Assembly: GCA_002728855.1 (NCBI GenBank)
Contig: PBWA01000038.1
Coordinates: 2,838-66,837 of the forward strand
Reading direction: 5' to 3'
Length of the DNA stretch: 64,000 nucleotides
From: Flavobacteriaceae bacterium
Lineage (GTDB): Bacteria > Bacteroidota > Bacteroidia > Flavobacteriales > Flavobacteriaceae
In this document: positions 1 through 9,341 of the stretch, one piece after another
Numbering within the stretch: the stretch's first letter is position 1
Layout of the letters: the number at the start of each line of letters is the position of its first letter
Program-made: the position numbers and the translations under genes
Notes under the pieces: model-generated
Told to the model about the DNA's origin: nothing
What the model saw: the letters and a program-made list of their open reading frames with translations, nothing else
Database searches by the model: none

Positions 1-3000
1 CTGATGCAATTGTTGAGGAGCTGTTAGCTGAAACAAAAAAGAGTTTCCCTTGATAGTCTCCAAGGAAGATATACCCATCAATTGTTGGTTCATAAACATT
101 AGTATTTTCGATCATTGAATAGGTATCAACAGTTAGCTGAATTGGATAATAGTGATCGTCGTAATAAGTTGTTCCAGAACTTGTACTACTTGATTGATTG
201 GTTGTGAAAGTGCTAGTGTCAGATATTTTAATTACCTCATCACCATCAAGATAGCCTCCAGTTATATTGATTCCAAATTTCAAAAGGGTTCCAGTTGAGC
301 TTCCAACAGTCATGGTTGATGTTGTAAGATTAGTTGGTACGCTTGAATAAGAAGTTACAGAACTGTTTTGATCACTAATGATAGAGAGAGAAAGCTCTGA
401 AGCCTGAACATCTAGATCAGGATCAGCAAGGGTCATGCTAATTTGAGATGTTGCAGGAAGAAATGCAATATCTTCTAGCTCTATCATGTTATTATACCTA
501 AGGGCAGGATACCCATGATTTAAATTACCAGTGATGATCCAATTTTGATCAAAATTTGCCCAATTAGCATAAGTGTATCTTGTGAAAAGTTCAAAAGTTG
601 TTTTTCCAATTTCTCTAGCCCCTGAAGTCGCTCCACTTGTAGTTTTAGATGACGTTTGCGTGTCCCAGAAATTATCAGAACCCGTTGAGTTTGAATCCAC
701 TCCTCCTGAGGAGCCCCCAACATTATTTCCTACTCCCGTCGCCCTACCTGTACTGAATGTATACTGTCTTCCTTTTTGATCTGATCTTGCAGATTCATCA
801 TAACCAACAAACCCCCCAACATTATTTCCAGAGCCAGTTACATTACCCATAGCATATGAATTTCTTATCATAGAATGCTCTCCTATTAAACCAACAAACC
901 CTCCCAACTTTTGAGTTCCAGAGACAGATCCGCTTGCATAACTATGACTAATGAGACTTATAGCATTTGAAACATTACCATTTGTATTACCTACCAGTCC
1001 TCCTAATAATTGTCCGCCGCTTACAAATACATGTGCTGAGCTATATTTTGTTGTAGCATTTTTTCCTTGCCTACCAATAAGACCACCGCCAGAGGTGTTT
1101 GCAATAACCATCCCGTTAGCATGACAGTTATTAATGAAACCCCTGCTATCACTTTCTGCTCCAAACAAACCTACAAGAGATCCTACAAATTCCCTTCCTT
1201 TAATATATACGTTTTCTAAAAACAGGTTTGCAACATCTCCACTTTGCGCAGAAGTACTGGGGTTTCCTGCGATAGCGCCAAACAAACCAACATGGTCTTG
1301 ACCAGGTCTGTTGATGTACAAGCCATAAATGGCATGATGATAACCATTATAGTTTCCACTAAACTGATTGGTTAGCGTTCCAATAGGGGAGAATCCTTCA
1401 AGTGTTAATGTATCAGTTCCTGCATCGTTCATCGAGCGCGAAGCATGTGCATCGATGTCCTTGGTTTGAACATACCATTTATCCCACTTGTTTGGATTTT
1501 CAGAGATCCATCTTAGCTTTTCAAAAGAATCAATGATGTAAGGGTTTTGAGCTGTACCAGCTCCTGTCGGCGTTACGCTAAGAGAATAAGTAGATGAGCT
1601 TCCAAGTGTAAATGTGATTGGAAGATCTCCAATGTTTAATCCACTGCTCATTAATCCTGTTAGGGCATTTCCATTTGTGTCAGTTGCTGTAACTGAGGCA
1701 TAAAGAACGACTCCTGGATAAGTTGCAGCTGTTGGAGACACGTTCCAAGTATACTTCCAATAAGTTGGTGAAATACTTGTCATGGGAACATTTACCGCTA
1801 GGTTTTGAGAGAGAGAAAACGTTGGAGTAGGAGCCATGCTTTTTGAAAAGCCAACGCCAATGTCTACAACGTCACCAGGATATACTACAATTGTATTTGT
1901 TGATGTGGTCGAACTAGCACTGTGGGTGATTCCGCTGTAATGAGACACGCTAATGTCTAGATTGTTTATTCTAGGGGTTGCATTTGAAGTAGTAATAGTG
2001 AGTGTATTGCTATATTGGGATGAAGTTATCATTTCATAGTTATTTCCTGCATAGTCATAAGTATCACTAACAACGTTAACAGTTAATCTATCCCCTTGTT
2101 CAAAAGATCCATTAAAAGGAAATGAAAGTGTATATTTCTTTCCATCCGTAGCAGAGGTGTTAGTAACAGACATTGTGGTCGGAGTAGATGAAGAAAGATA
2201 AGTACTACTACTGTTGATGGAAATAATAAAGTCGTTTACATCAATAGTTCCAGTTGAAGTACCGCTTACACGAGAAGCAAAAAGATCTTCAGTAAAAACA
2301 ACCTCAATCGTTGCAGTACTTGTACTTGCTCCTGGATTAGTACTAATGCTTGTTAAACTAACGCTATGAACTACAGGGTGAACATTGTCAATAGTAAAGG
2401 TAATGCTGTTGGTAAAGGAATAAGACTCTCCAGCTGAATTAGTAGCTGAGACAGTAACTATAGCCCCATCATTTGAAACATCAGGTCTATTTTCGACATC
2501 AACATTACCTGGTACGTTCCAATCATAATACCATGAGCTGCTGGAGCTTGCTGTCATAGCAGTATTTGTTACAAGGCCAGAGATGTTTATAGTAGGAGTT
2601 ACAACAGTAGATGATGCAGTAACACCACTAAAATTTGCCATTATTCGAACATTATCTATATCTGAAACCACTGTATCTGGATGGTTATGGGTTAGAGATA
2701 GAGTGGGTGATGGAGTAGTTGTTACTGTAGCTGCAAGTGATAATACTTCAGATTGAGTAAGTGCTCTGTTATGCATCATAAGCTGCGTCATATAACCCTG
2801 GAAAAAGTATGATCCGCCGTGACCACCATTACCATTTGCTTTTCCAAATACTAGATTTCCTGATGGACTCAGTGCGCTTGAATAATTTTGAGAAACAGTT
2901 TCCTGGCCATCAAAATAAATTTTATAGGTAGTACCAGATTTTGTTACACTGACATGTGTCCAAACTCCAGAGGGGAGAGGTCTAGATGAACCATCACCAC

Positions 3001-4231
3001 CTCCAGGAAATGCGATTGCTTCAACACCTTGTTTAGCGATATTTGCTGTCCATCCGTTGGAATTAACCCCCATAGTGAGTCCATTATTTGCACGATGCCA
3101 TATATGAGATCCGTTGTGATTACTTGGAAGATCATTTTTAATCCAAAAGGAAACAGAAAGATCTTCAACACTGCCATCGCCATCAAAGTCGAATGAATTA
3201 TTCTGTCCGTTAGTAATACCAAAATAACTATCTGTTCCATTGAAGTAAAATGCTGTAGCAATAGCACCACTTGTTTTGTCTTTTAGGTTTTGATTTTGAA
3301 CAAATTTATTAGCGTTAGAAGGTGAGAGGCCATAACTTCCAGCAGCTACCTCAGCTGTAGGATTTGAAGAACACATTGGCCAAAATGCCGTGATCCCATT
3401 TCTTACAGATGCAGGTAAATCTGAGACAGCACATACAGTTTCTATAATTGTGCTTGAAGTATTTACTGAGTATTGTGTTTGAGACCAAATAGCACCTCCT
3501 TGAAGACTTCCATTATTGCTATTTGAACTTGAATCAGCAGCAGTAGTTCCTGAGGTTTCATCTAGTTTATAGTAAAGCACTAGATTATTAGCGCCATCTA
3601 CTGATTGATTTTTATATGTGTTAATATCTGATTGACTTCTAGCAACATCCCATAAGCGAACCTCATCAATGGCTCCGTCAATATAATTTCTTGGATTCCC
3701 CCAATAACCAGCTCCTAGTCCAATTGGGTATGAAGTGCTTGTCATTGCACCATTACTATTTGTAGAACCTACCTCACTTCCATTAATATAGACCCTTAAT
3801 TTTCCTGCGGATCTTGAAAAAGAAAATGCTACATGAGTCCAAGTATTTAATGGTATTGTAGAAGAGGATCTTACATTAGGCCAATTTCCTGCGTATGTAA
3901 CTCTGTACCTTCCTTCAAGATAAATATTACCATCAATGTTAAGAAAATAAAGACTCCAGTCATCTTGCTTTTCAATAAGATATCTTCGATCGGAGCTTGT
4001 ATGATTTCCCGAACTTGAGGTTTGCGGCGGAGGAGTGTCAAGTTTAACCCAGGCTTCAAATGTAAATTGATCACCATCAAATTTAAGATCATTAGTTGAT
4101 GGAATTTTAATATAATCATTAGTTCCATCTAGCTGTATGTAGTTAGAGAAGATGTTGCTTTGAGAAATTCCAAAAAAAGGAAATAACAAAGCTATTAGGA
4201 TATATAGTTTTTTTTTCAAATAAAAAAGCAT
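1..4231 (-). CDS. Large secreted surface protein/adhesin, 3' end outside window: signal peptide, 2 LamG (ConA-like) domains, Ser/Thr-rich Ig-like repeats, GLUG-motif region
   Basis: Hand translation from ATG 4231: MLFYLKKKLYILIALLFPFFGISQSN...QLDGTNDYIKIP...FTFEAWVK...WTHVAF...IDEVRLW (LamG). Second LamG: SVSFWIK...WTHVSVT. GLUG-like VGLFG/GGLVG/GGFVG repeats at ~1560-700. No in-frame stop found before the window edge, which explains its absence from the ORF track. Confidence 0.85.
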   Translation of the reverse strand, partial: MLFYLKKKLYILIALLFPFFGISQSNIFSNYIQLDGTNDYIKIPSTNDLKFDGDQFTFEAWVKLDTPPPQTSSSGNHTSSDRRYLIEKQDDWSLYFLNIDGNIYLEGRYRVTYAGNWPNVRSSSTIPLNTWTHVAFSFSRSAGKLRVYINGSEVGSTNSNGAMTSTSYPIGLGAGYWGNPRNYIDGAIDEVRLWDVARSQSDINTYKNQSVDGANNLVLYYKLDETSGTTAADSSSNSNNGSLQGGAIWSQTQYSVNTSSTIIETVCAVSDLPASVRNGITAFWPMCSSNPTAEVAAGSYGLSPSNANKFVQNQNLKDKTSGAIATAFYFNGTDSYFGITNGQNNSFDFDGDGSVEDLSVSFWIKNDLPSNHNGSHIWHRANNGLTMGVNSNGWTANIAKQGVEAIAFPGGGDGSSRPLPSGVWTHVSVTKSGTTYKIYFDGQETVSQNYSSALSPSGNLVFGKANGNGGHGGSYFFQGYMTQLMMHNRALTQSEVLSLAATVTTTPSPTLSLTHNHPDTVVSDIDNVRIMANFSGVTASSTVVTPTINISGLVTNTAMTASSSSSWYYDWNVPGNVDVENRPDVSNDGAIVTVSATNSAGESYSFTNSITFTIDNVHPVVHSVSLTSISTNPGASTSTATIEVVFTEDLFASRVSGTSTGTIDVNDFIISINSSSTYLSSSTPTTMSVTNTSATDGKKYTLSFPFNGSFEQGDRLTVNVVSDTYDYAGNNYEMITSSQYSNTLTITTSNATPRINNLDISVSHYSGITHSASSTTSTNTIVVYPGDVVDIGVGFSKSMAPTPTFSLSQNLAVNVPMTSISPTYWKYTWNVSPTAATYPGVVLYASVTATDTNGNALTGLMSSGLNIGDLPITFTLGSSSTYSLSVTPTGAGTAQNPYIIDSFEKLRWISENPNKWDKWYVQTKDIDAHASRSMNDAGTDTLTLEGFSPIGTLTNQFSGNYNGYHHAIYGLYINRPGQDHVGLFGAIAGNPSTSAQSGDVANLFLENVYIKGREFVGSLVGLFGAESDSRGFINNCHANGMVIANTSGGGLIGRQGKNATTKYSSAHVFVSGGQLLGGLVGNTNGNVSNAISLISHSYASGSVSGTQKLGGFVGLIGEHSMIRNSYAMGNVTGSGNNVGGFVGYDESARSDQKGRQYTFSTGRATGVGNNVGGSSGGVDSNSTGSDNFWDTQTSSKTTSGATSGAREIGKTTFELFTRYTYANWANFDQNWIITGNLNHGYPALRYNNMIELEDIAFLPATSQISMTLADPDLDVQASELSLSIISDQNSSVTSYSSVPTNLTTSTMTVGSSTGTLLKFGINITGGYLDGDEVIKISDTSTFTTNQSSSTSSGTTYYDDHYYPIQLTVDTYSMIENTNVYEPTIDGYIFLGDYQGKLFFVSANSSSTIAS

Positions 4232-4255
4232 GATTTAGTACTCCCTTTTAATCTA

Positions 4256-4263
4256 CAAAATTA
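4256..4263 (-). promoter_or_regulatory. Bacteroidota -7 promoter element (TAATTTTG) for the surface protein
   Basis: Matches TAnnTTTG ~25 nt upstream of the ATG; a T12 tract (4269-4280) lies just upstream. Confidence 0.55.
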
Positions 4264-4341
4264 TCTTCAAAAAAAAAAAATTGATTGCCAATTTACTACT
4301 ATATTTTAAGATATAATAAGCTCACAGTAAATTATTTAGAA

Positions 4342-5718
4342 TCAAAATTGAGTGATTTGACCATCCATCCATTGAAGACGATCAATAATCCATGATTTCA
4401 AGTAATTTGTTTCCTGTTTGTATGCTTGAGCTACTCCTATGCTAGACTGCGATTCACTTACAAAATGATTAGGCCATATCCATTCACCAAGGATGGGCCA
4501 TTTAGAAAAATTTCTCTCTATTGCATTATGTTCATAAAGCATTTGTTCAATGTTTGAAATTCGATCAAGTATCGCATTATTAGAAAATGCAGCAGATCTT
4601 AGCTCATCCCATCTATTTTTAATAGCGGCTTTAAATTCTGGATCTTCCATAAATCTCTCCCACCAAAACGGAACTTGCCACCAATCGTCTGGACATATAT
4701 CATTGAATTTATAACTCCATCCCTGCGGTTTCTCTCCTTGGCAATAATTTGCGTTTCCAAAAGCTAAGTTAAAATCCCATATAGGGCCAAGAGTTAATTT
4801 TCCACCCTTTTCTTTATACATGAATGTACTTAATCTATATCCATCAATATTTTTTGATATTTCATTCAAGAGAAAAAAATCAATAAGACTCTCAAAATCT
4901 ACATAGTTTTTATAACCAGTTTCAGGGTCAAGAAATGATTCTGAATATAAGCTTGATTCAAAATCATGAATATACTGTTGTATATAATCCTTTTGATCAG
5001 AAGTTATATCATCTTCATCAGGGTATTCATATAAGAAATATATTTTTCCATTATCATTGATTTTTGATTCAAAAGAATTATAAGAGTTATAGTTACCACC
5101 ATCACCGGTTGCCTTATCAATTTTTATAATGTATCCACCACTAATATCAGCATCATTGTTTTTGCTAATAGCAACTCTATTTTTATCACGTTTTATTTTT
5201 TCCATAAGGACATAAACTCCTTTGTAATCATCATTAATAAAGAGTTCGTAAAAAGAGGTTTTGGTAGCATATCTTCCAATATTGTTAGACAGTTCATAGA
5301 TGATTACGTTCCTGACTAAACTTTTATCTGTATATGGCGCATATAGAATCCAATCTTCCTCTTCAGGATATCCGCCAATTGAGACATCCATGTCTTGGTT
5401 ATCTTTTGTCCAGGTTTCAAATCCGTAAGATTTTTTTGGAAACATTTGAGAGGAAGAGCCTCTATATTCTATGCCAATTTGCTGAGATTCAATAGGGTAT
5501 TCATCTGAAATAATTTGTATTTCAGCAGGGATTTTTGGTTCATCTACGATTGTTGCCTCGGTAGTAATTTCAATTCGTGGGAGTAGTAATTGATCGCCAC
5601 TAGTTGTAAATGGATCATCCTCTTTTTTATCACACGAGTAATTAACTAAAAAAAATAGCCCTAAAAAAAAGATTAAAGTTTTAGAACTCTTTAAAAATAT
5701 CTTATTCATAAATCTCAC
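4342..5718 (-). CDS. CotH kinase family lipoprotein
   Basis: Lipobox NYSC; RGSSSQMFPKKSY, YKGVYVLMEKIKR, N.DGYRLS, GPIWDFNLAFGN motifs. Start may be ATG 5709. Confidence 0.85.
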   Translation of the reverse strand: MRFMNKIFLKSSKTLIFFLGLFFLVNYSCDKKEDDPFTTSGDQLLLPRIEITTEATIVDEPKIPAEIQIISDEYPIESQQIGIEYRGSSSQMFPKKSYGFETWTKDNQDMDVSIGGYPEEEDWILYAPYTDKSLVRNVIIYELSNNIGRYATKTSFYELFINDDYKGVYVLMEKIKRDKNRVAISKNNDADISGGYIIKIDKATGDGGNYNSYNSFESKINDNGKIYFLYEYPDEDDITSDQKDYIQQYIHDFESSLYSESFLDPETGYKNYVDFESLIDFFLLNEISKNIDGYRLSTFMYKEKGGKLTLGPIWDFNLAFGNANYCQGEKPQGWSYKFNDICPDDWWQVPFWWERFMEDPEFKAAIKNRWDELRSAAFSNNAILDRISNIEQMLYEHNAIERNFSKWPILGEWIWPNHFVSESQSSIGVAQAYKQETNYLKSWIIDRLQWMDGQITQF

Positions 5719-5771
5719 GAAAGTTAGAAAATCTTTTTATTATTTTTGAAAGTTTTGATTACATAACTCAA

Positions 5772-5948
5772 ATGATATTAAAAGATAACCAAGGGAATGA
5801 TTATAAAGTTCAAGATTTAGAGGAATTTAAAAATCATATCCTTAACTATCACACTAGAAATGGTGAGGCAGATTATAGTATCCACGAGGAGAATGGTAGT
5901 TATTTCACTATCACTCCGTCTTTATTAAAAAAAATATTAAATGAATAG
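5772..5948 (+). CDS. Small hypothetical protein, 58 aa (not in ORF track)
   Basis: MILKDNQGNDYKVQDLEEFKNHILNYHTRNGEADYSIHEENGSYFTITPSLLKKILNE*. Fills the intergenic gap, follows TATTTTTG at 5741-5748, and its stop overlaps the next ATG. Confidence 0.7.
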   Translation: MILKDNQGNDYKVQDLEEFKNHILNYHTRNGEADYSIHEENGSYFTITPSLLKKILNE

Positions 5949-6837
5949 AATTAACAATTTTTTATTCATCTTATTGATTCTACTTTTATCTATTTCGTGT
6001 AACGAAAAAGATAAATCAAACTCAAATATTGAGGAAAATTGGATATCATTGTTTAACGGGAAAGATCTAGATGGTTGGGACATAAAGTTTTCAGGGCACA
6101 ACCTAAATGATAATTATAATAACACCTTTCAAGTTGAAGATGGAATGATTAGGGTTGTTTACGATGAGTATGAAACTTTTGATGACAAGTATGGACATAT
6201 GTATTATGAGAAACCTTTTTCTTACTACAAAATTAGGTTTGATTATAGATTCCTAGGCGAGCAAACTCCAGGAGGGGAATCATGGAATGTTCGCAACAGT
6301 GGAATAATGCTTCATTCTCAATCTGCAAAAAGCAATGATTTGAATCAAGATTTTCCAGTCTCTATTGAAATACAACTTCTGGGAGGGCTTGGAAAAGGGC
6401 CCAGAACTACTGGAAACTTATGTACTCCAGGCACTCAAGTTGTTTTTAACGATAAACTTGATTTTACCCATTGTATTTCATCTAATTCAAAAACATATGA
6501 TGGAGATGGTTGGATTCATGTTGAAGCAATTATTTTGGGGGATCAATCAATAACACATATTGTTGAAAAAGATACAGTTTTGGTATATGAAAAACCCCAA
6601 ATAACTACTTCTTATTTAGATGATGATTGGGATAGATATGGAGTTACCAGTAAAGACTATTGGAAAAATATTTCAGGAAAATTATTGTCGGAAGGATACA
6701 TTGCTATTCAAGCAGAGAGTCATGCAATTGATTTTAAAAACATCGAACTACTAAATCTTTGTGGCTGTATGGATAAAAAGGCAAAAAATTATAAATCATA
6801 CTTCATAAAAGAAGATAATAGTTTATGTAAATATTAG
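5941..6837 (+). CDS. DUF1080 / 3-keto-disaccharide hydrolase family lipoprotein
   Basis: Lipobox LSISC; WISLFNGKDLDGW, NSGIM, SIEIQL, GYIAIQAESH.IDFKNI motifs. Confidence 0.88.
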   Translation: MNRINNFLFILLILLLSISCNEKDKSNSNIEENWISLFNGKDLDGWDIKFSGHNLNDNYNNTFQVEDGMIRVVYDEYETFDDKYGHMYYEKPFSYYKIRFDYRFLGEQTPGGESWNVRNSGIMLHSQSAKSNDLNQDFPVSIEIQLLGGLGKGPRTTGNLCTPGTQVVFNDKLDFTHCISSNSKTYDGDGWIHVEAIILGDQSITHIVEKDTVLVYEKPQITTSYLDDDWDRYGVTSKDYWKNISGKLLSEGYIAIQAESHAIDFKNIELLNLCGCMDKKAKNYKSYFIKEDNSLCKY

Positions 6838-6846
6838 TCTGCAAAA

Positions 6847-9270
6847 ATGAATAGAGTACTTAAATCAAGCATAAAAGTTATATCAATAATACTTGTCTTA
6901 TTTATTATCACTGCATTGTCAGCTTACTTTTACTTCAGTTCAAATGTTCTTACTTTTGAAACAACGTATTCCGATGAAAATTTTGATCTACAAGAAATTA
7001 CCATCAAAGGAAGGAAGTATATTGACAGAAACGGAAACAACAAACTTGACCTATACGAGGATCACAGACAAACAATAGGAACAAGGGTGGAGGATTTATT
7101 GCCCCGCCTTACAATAGAAGAGAAAATTCGATTACTTAAAGGCTCAGGAATGAGTTCTGCAATTGGAATTGGAGATAATCTTGTCCCTGGCGCTGCAGGA
7201 ACTACTGTTGGAATTCCAAGACTTGGAATTCCTAGACTTATTTTATCAGATGGTCCAGCTGGGCTTCGGATTCATTCTGTAAGAGAAAATGATGATAAGA
7301 AATATTATTGTACTGCTTTTCCAATAGGAACTTTACTTGCTTCAACATGGAATAAAGAACTTGTCAATGAAGTTGGAAGAGCAATGGGGAGTGAAGCACT
7401 TGATTACGGAGTAGATCTTATTTTAGGACCTGGGGTAAATATCCATAGACACCCACTGTGTGGAAGGAATTTTGAATATTATTCTGAAGATCCAATATTA
7501 ACAGGAGAAATAGGGGCTTCAATGATTAATGGAATTGAATCTAATGGGGTTGGTGCCACTCCAAAACATTTTGTGGCAAATAATCAAGAAACATCTCGCA
7601 ATATCAATAATTCAATTGTATCTGATCGAGCAATGAGAGAAATTTATCTTAAAGGATTTGAGATTATTGTTAAAAAATCCCAACCCTGGGCAATTATGTC
7701 CTCTTATAACAAGGTAAATGGAGTTTATACATCGGAGAGTAAACCATTACTCACAGATATTCTCCGAGATGAGTGGGGTTATGAAGGGATAGTGATGACC
7801 GATTGGTTTGGAGGAAATAATCCCTCAGAACAAATCAAGGCAGGAAATGATCTGCTAGAACCTGGTACAAAGAATATATGGGATGACCTTACAAAAGCAT
7901 ATGAAGATGGAGATCTTTCTCTAAAAGAAATTGATTTATCTGTTAGCAGAATTTTGGGTTTGATAATAAAGTCTAAGAAAATGAGTAATTACGATTTTAC
8001 TAATGAGCCTGATTTAGATAAAAACGCACTAATTACTAGAAGATCAGCTTCTGAGGGAATGGTACTTCTTAAGAACGAAGCTACACTGCCTTTTAAAAAC
8101 ATTAAAAATATTGCTCTAATGGGATCTACTTCGTTTAATTTCATAGCAGGTGGAACAGGCTCCGGAGATGTTGAAGAGGCCTATACGGTTTCTCTTGAAG
8201 ACGCTCTCTTAGAATCTGGTTATGAGATAAATAAACTTTCAAAAGAGACTTTTGAATTACATCTCAAAGAAAATGAAGAAGCTTTTGAGAAAAAAAATCC
8301 TCTTTTTGCGATGTTAGATCCAAGTTTACCACCTGAGATTGATTATCCAATTAAACTGATAAAGGAGTTTGCTAAAACCTCAGATTTAGCTATTATAACT
8401 ATTGGCCGTAATAGTGGTGAGACATCAGATAGATTAGAAAAGGATGATTTTTTGCTTTCAAAAAAGGAATCTCAGATGATTAAAAATACATGTGAGATTT
8501 TTCACTCTCTTGGAAAAAAAGTTTTAATTGTATTAAATGTTGGGGGAGTTATTGAGACAGCTTCTTGGAATGATTTACCTGATGCAATTTTAGTTGCATG
8601 GCAGGCAGGCCAGGAATCTGGTAATTCAGTTGTTGATATTATATCTGGTGTTGTAAATCCCAGTGGAAAACTTCCAATGACCTTTCCTGTTAATTTAAGT
8701 GATCATGGATCTGCTAAAAATTTCCCTTCAGGAATTAAGGCTACTATGACTGACTTTTTAATGGCAAGTATCATTGGGAGTAGTGAAGAAAAGCCTAAGC
8801 AGGAACAAACTAAAAATATTGATTACACCATTTATGAAGAAGGAGTTTATGTTGGATATAGACATTTTGATAAGAAAGAGATAGATGTTTCGTATCCCTT
8901 TGGATATGGGCTTTCATATACCGAATTCGATTATAGTGATTTAAAGATCAAGGAGGAAGAAAACGTAATTAAAGTAACTGTAAAAATAACTAACATTGGA
9001 TCATTTCCTGGCAAGGAAGTAATACAAATCTATACATCTAAACCAGATTCAAATATTGATAGACCAATCAAAGAATTAAGAAGTTTTGAAAAAACCTCTA
9101 ATATTCAAGTAGGTGAAAGTATTAATTTAAATTTTAATATTCCTATTTCAGAATTATCCTATTGGAGTGTAGAAAATTCAAGTTGGGAAATAGAAAAAGG
9201 AGTTTATGATATTTTAGTTGGCTCTTCATCAAGGGATATAGAGTTAATTGGTCAGGTTTATATAAATTAA
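6847..9270 (+). CDS. GH3 beta-glucosidase with N-terminal membrane anchor and Fn3-like C-terminus
   Basis: SDGPAGLR, GRNFEYYSEDP, KHFVANNQE, nucleophile motif VMTDW, YPFGYGLSYT. Confidence 0.93.
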   Translation: MNRVLKSSIKVISIILVLFIITALSAYFYFSSNVLTFETTYSDENFDLQEITIKGRKYIDRNGNNKLDLYEDHRQTIGTRVEDLLPRLTIEEKIRLLKGSGMSSAIGIGDNLVPGAAGTTVGIPRLGIPRLILSDGPAGLRIHSVRENDDKKYYCTAFPIGTLLASTWNKELVNEVGRAMGSEALDYGVDLILGPGVNIHRHPLCGRNFEYYSEDPILTGEIGASMINGIESNGVGATPKHFVANNQETSRNINNSIVSDRAMREIYLKGFEIIVKKSQPWAIMSSYNKVNGVYTSESKPLLTDILRDEWGYEGIVMTDWFGGNNPSEQIKAGNDLLEPGTKNIWDDLTKAYEDGDLSLKEIDLSVSRILGLIIKSKKMSNYDFTNEPDLDKNALITRRSASEGMVLLKNEATLPFKNIKNIALMGSTSFNFIAGGTGSGDVEEAYTVSLEDALLESGYEINKLSKETFELHLKENEEAFEKKNPLFAMLDPSLPPEIDYPIKLIKEFAKTSDLAIITIGRNSGETSDRLEKDDFLLSKKESQMIKNTCEIFHSLGKKVLIVLNVGGVIETASWNDLPDAILVAWQAGQESGNSVVDIISGVVNPSGKLPMTFPVNLSDHGSAKNFPSGIKATMTDFLMASIIGSSEEKPKQEQTKNIDYTIYEEGVYVGYRHFDKKEIDVSYPFGYGLSYTEFDYSDLKIKEEENVIKVTVKITNIGSFPGKEVIQIYTSKPDSNIDRPIKELRSFEKTSNIQVGESINLNFNIPISELSYWSVENSSWEIEKGVYDILVGSSSRDIELIGQVYIN

Positions 9271-9341
9271 TATTTTTAACCCTTTTTAAAGTTAATAATA
9301 CAATTGTTTACCATTCATTTTATTGCTAAAAATAGAGGTTC

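Noticed and set aside
1..4231. Apparent 4-kb ORF desert suggesting recoding or a pseudogene; short track ORFs at 520-723, 573-779, 2944-3270 and 3871-4128
   Set aside because: Explained by one long minus-strand frame whose stop lies outside the window; the short ORFs are shadows.
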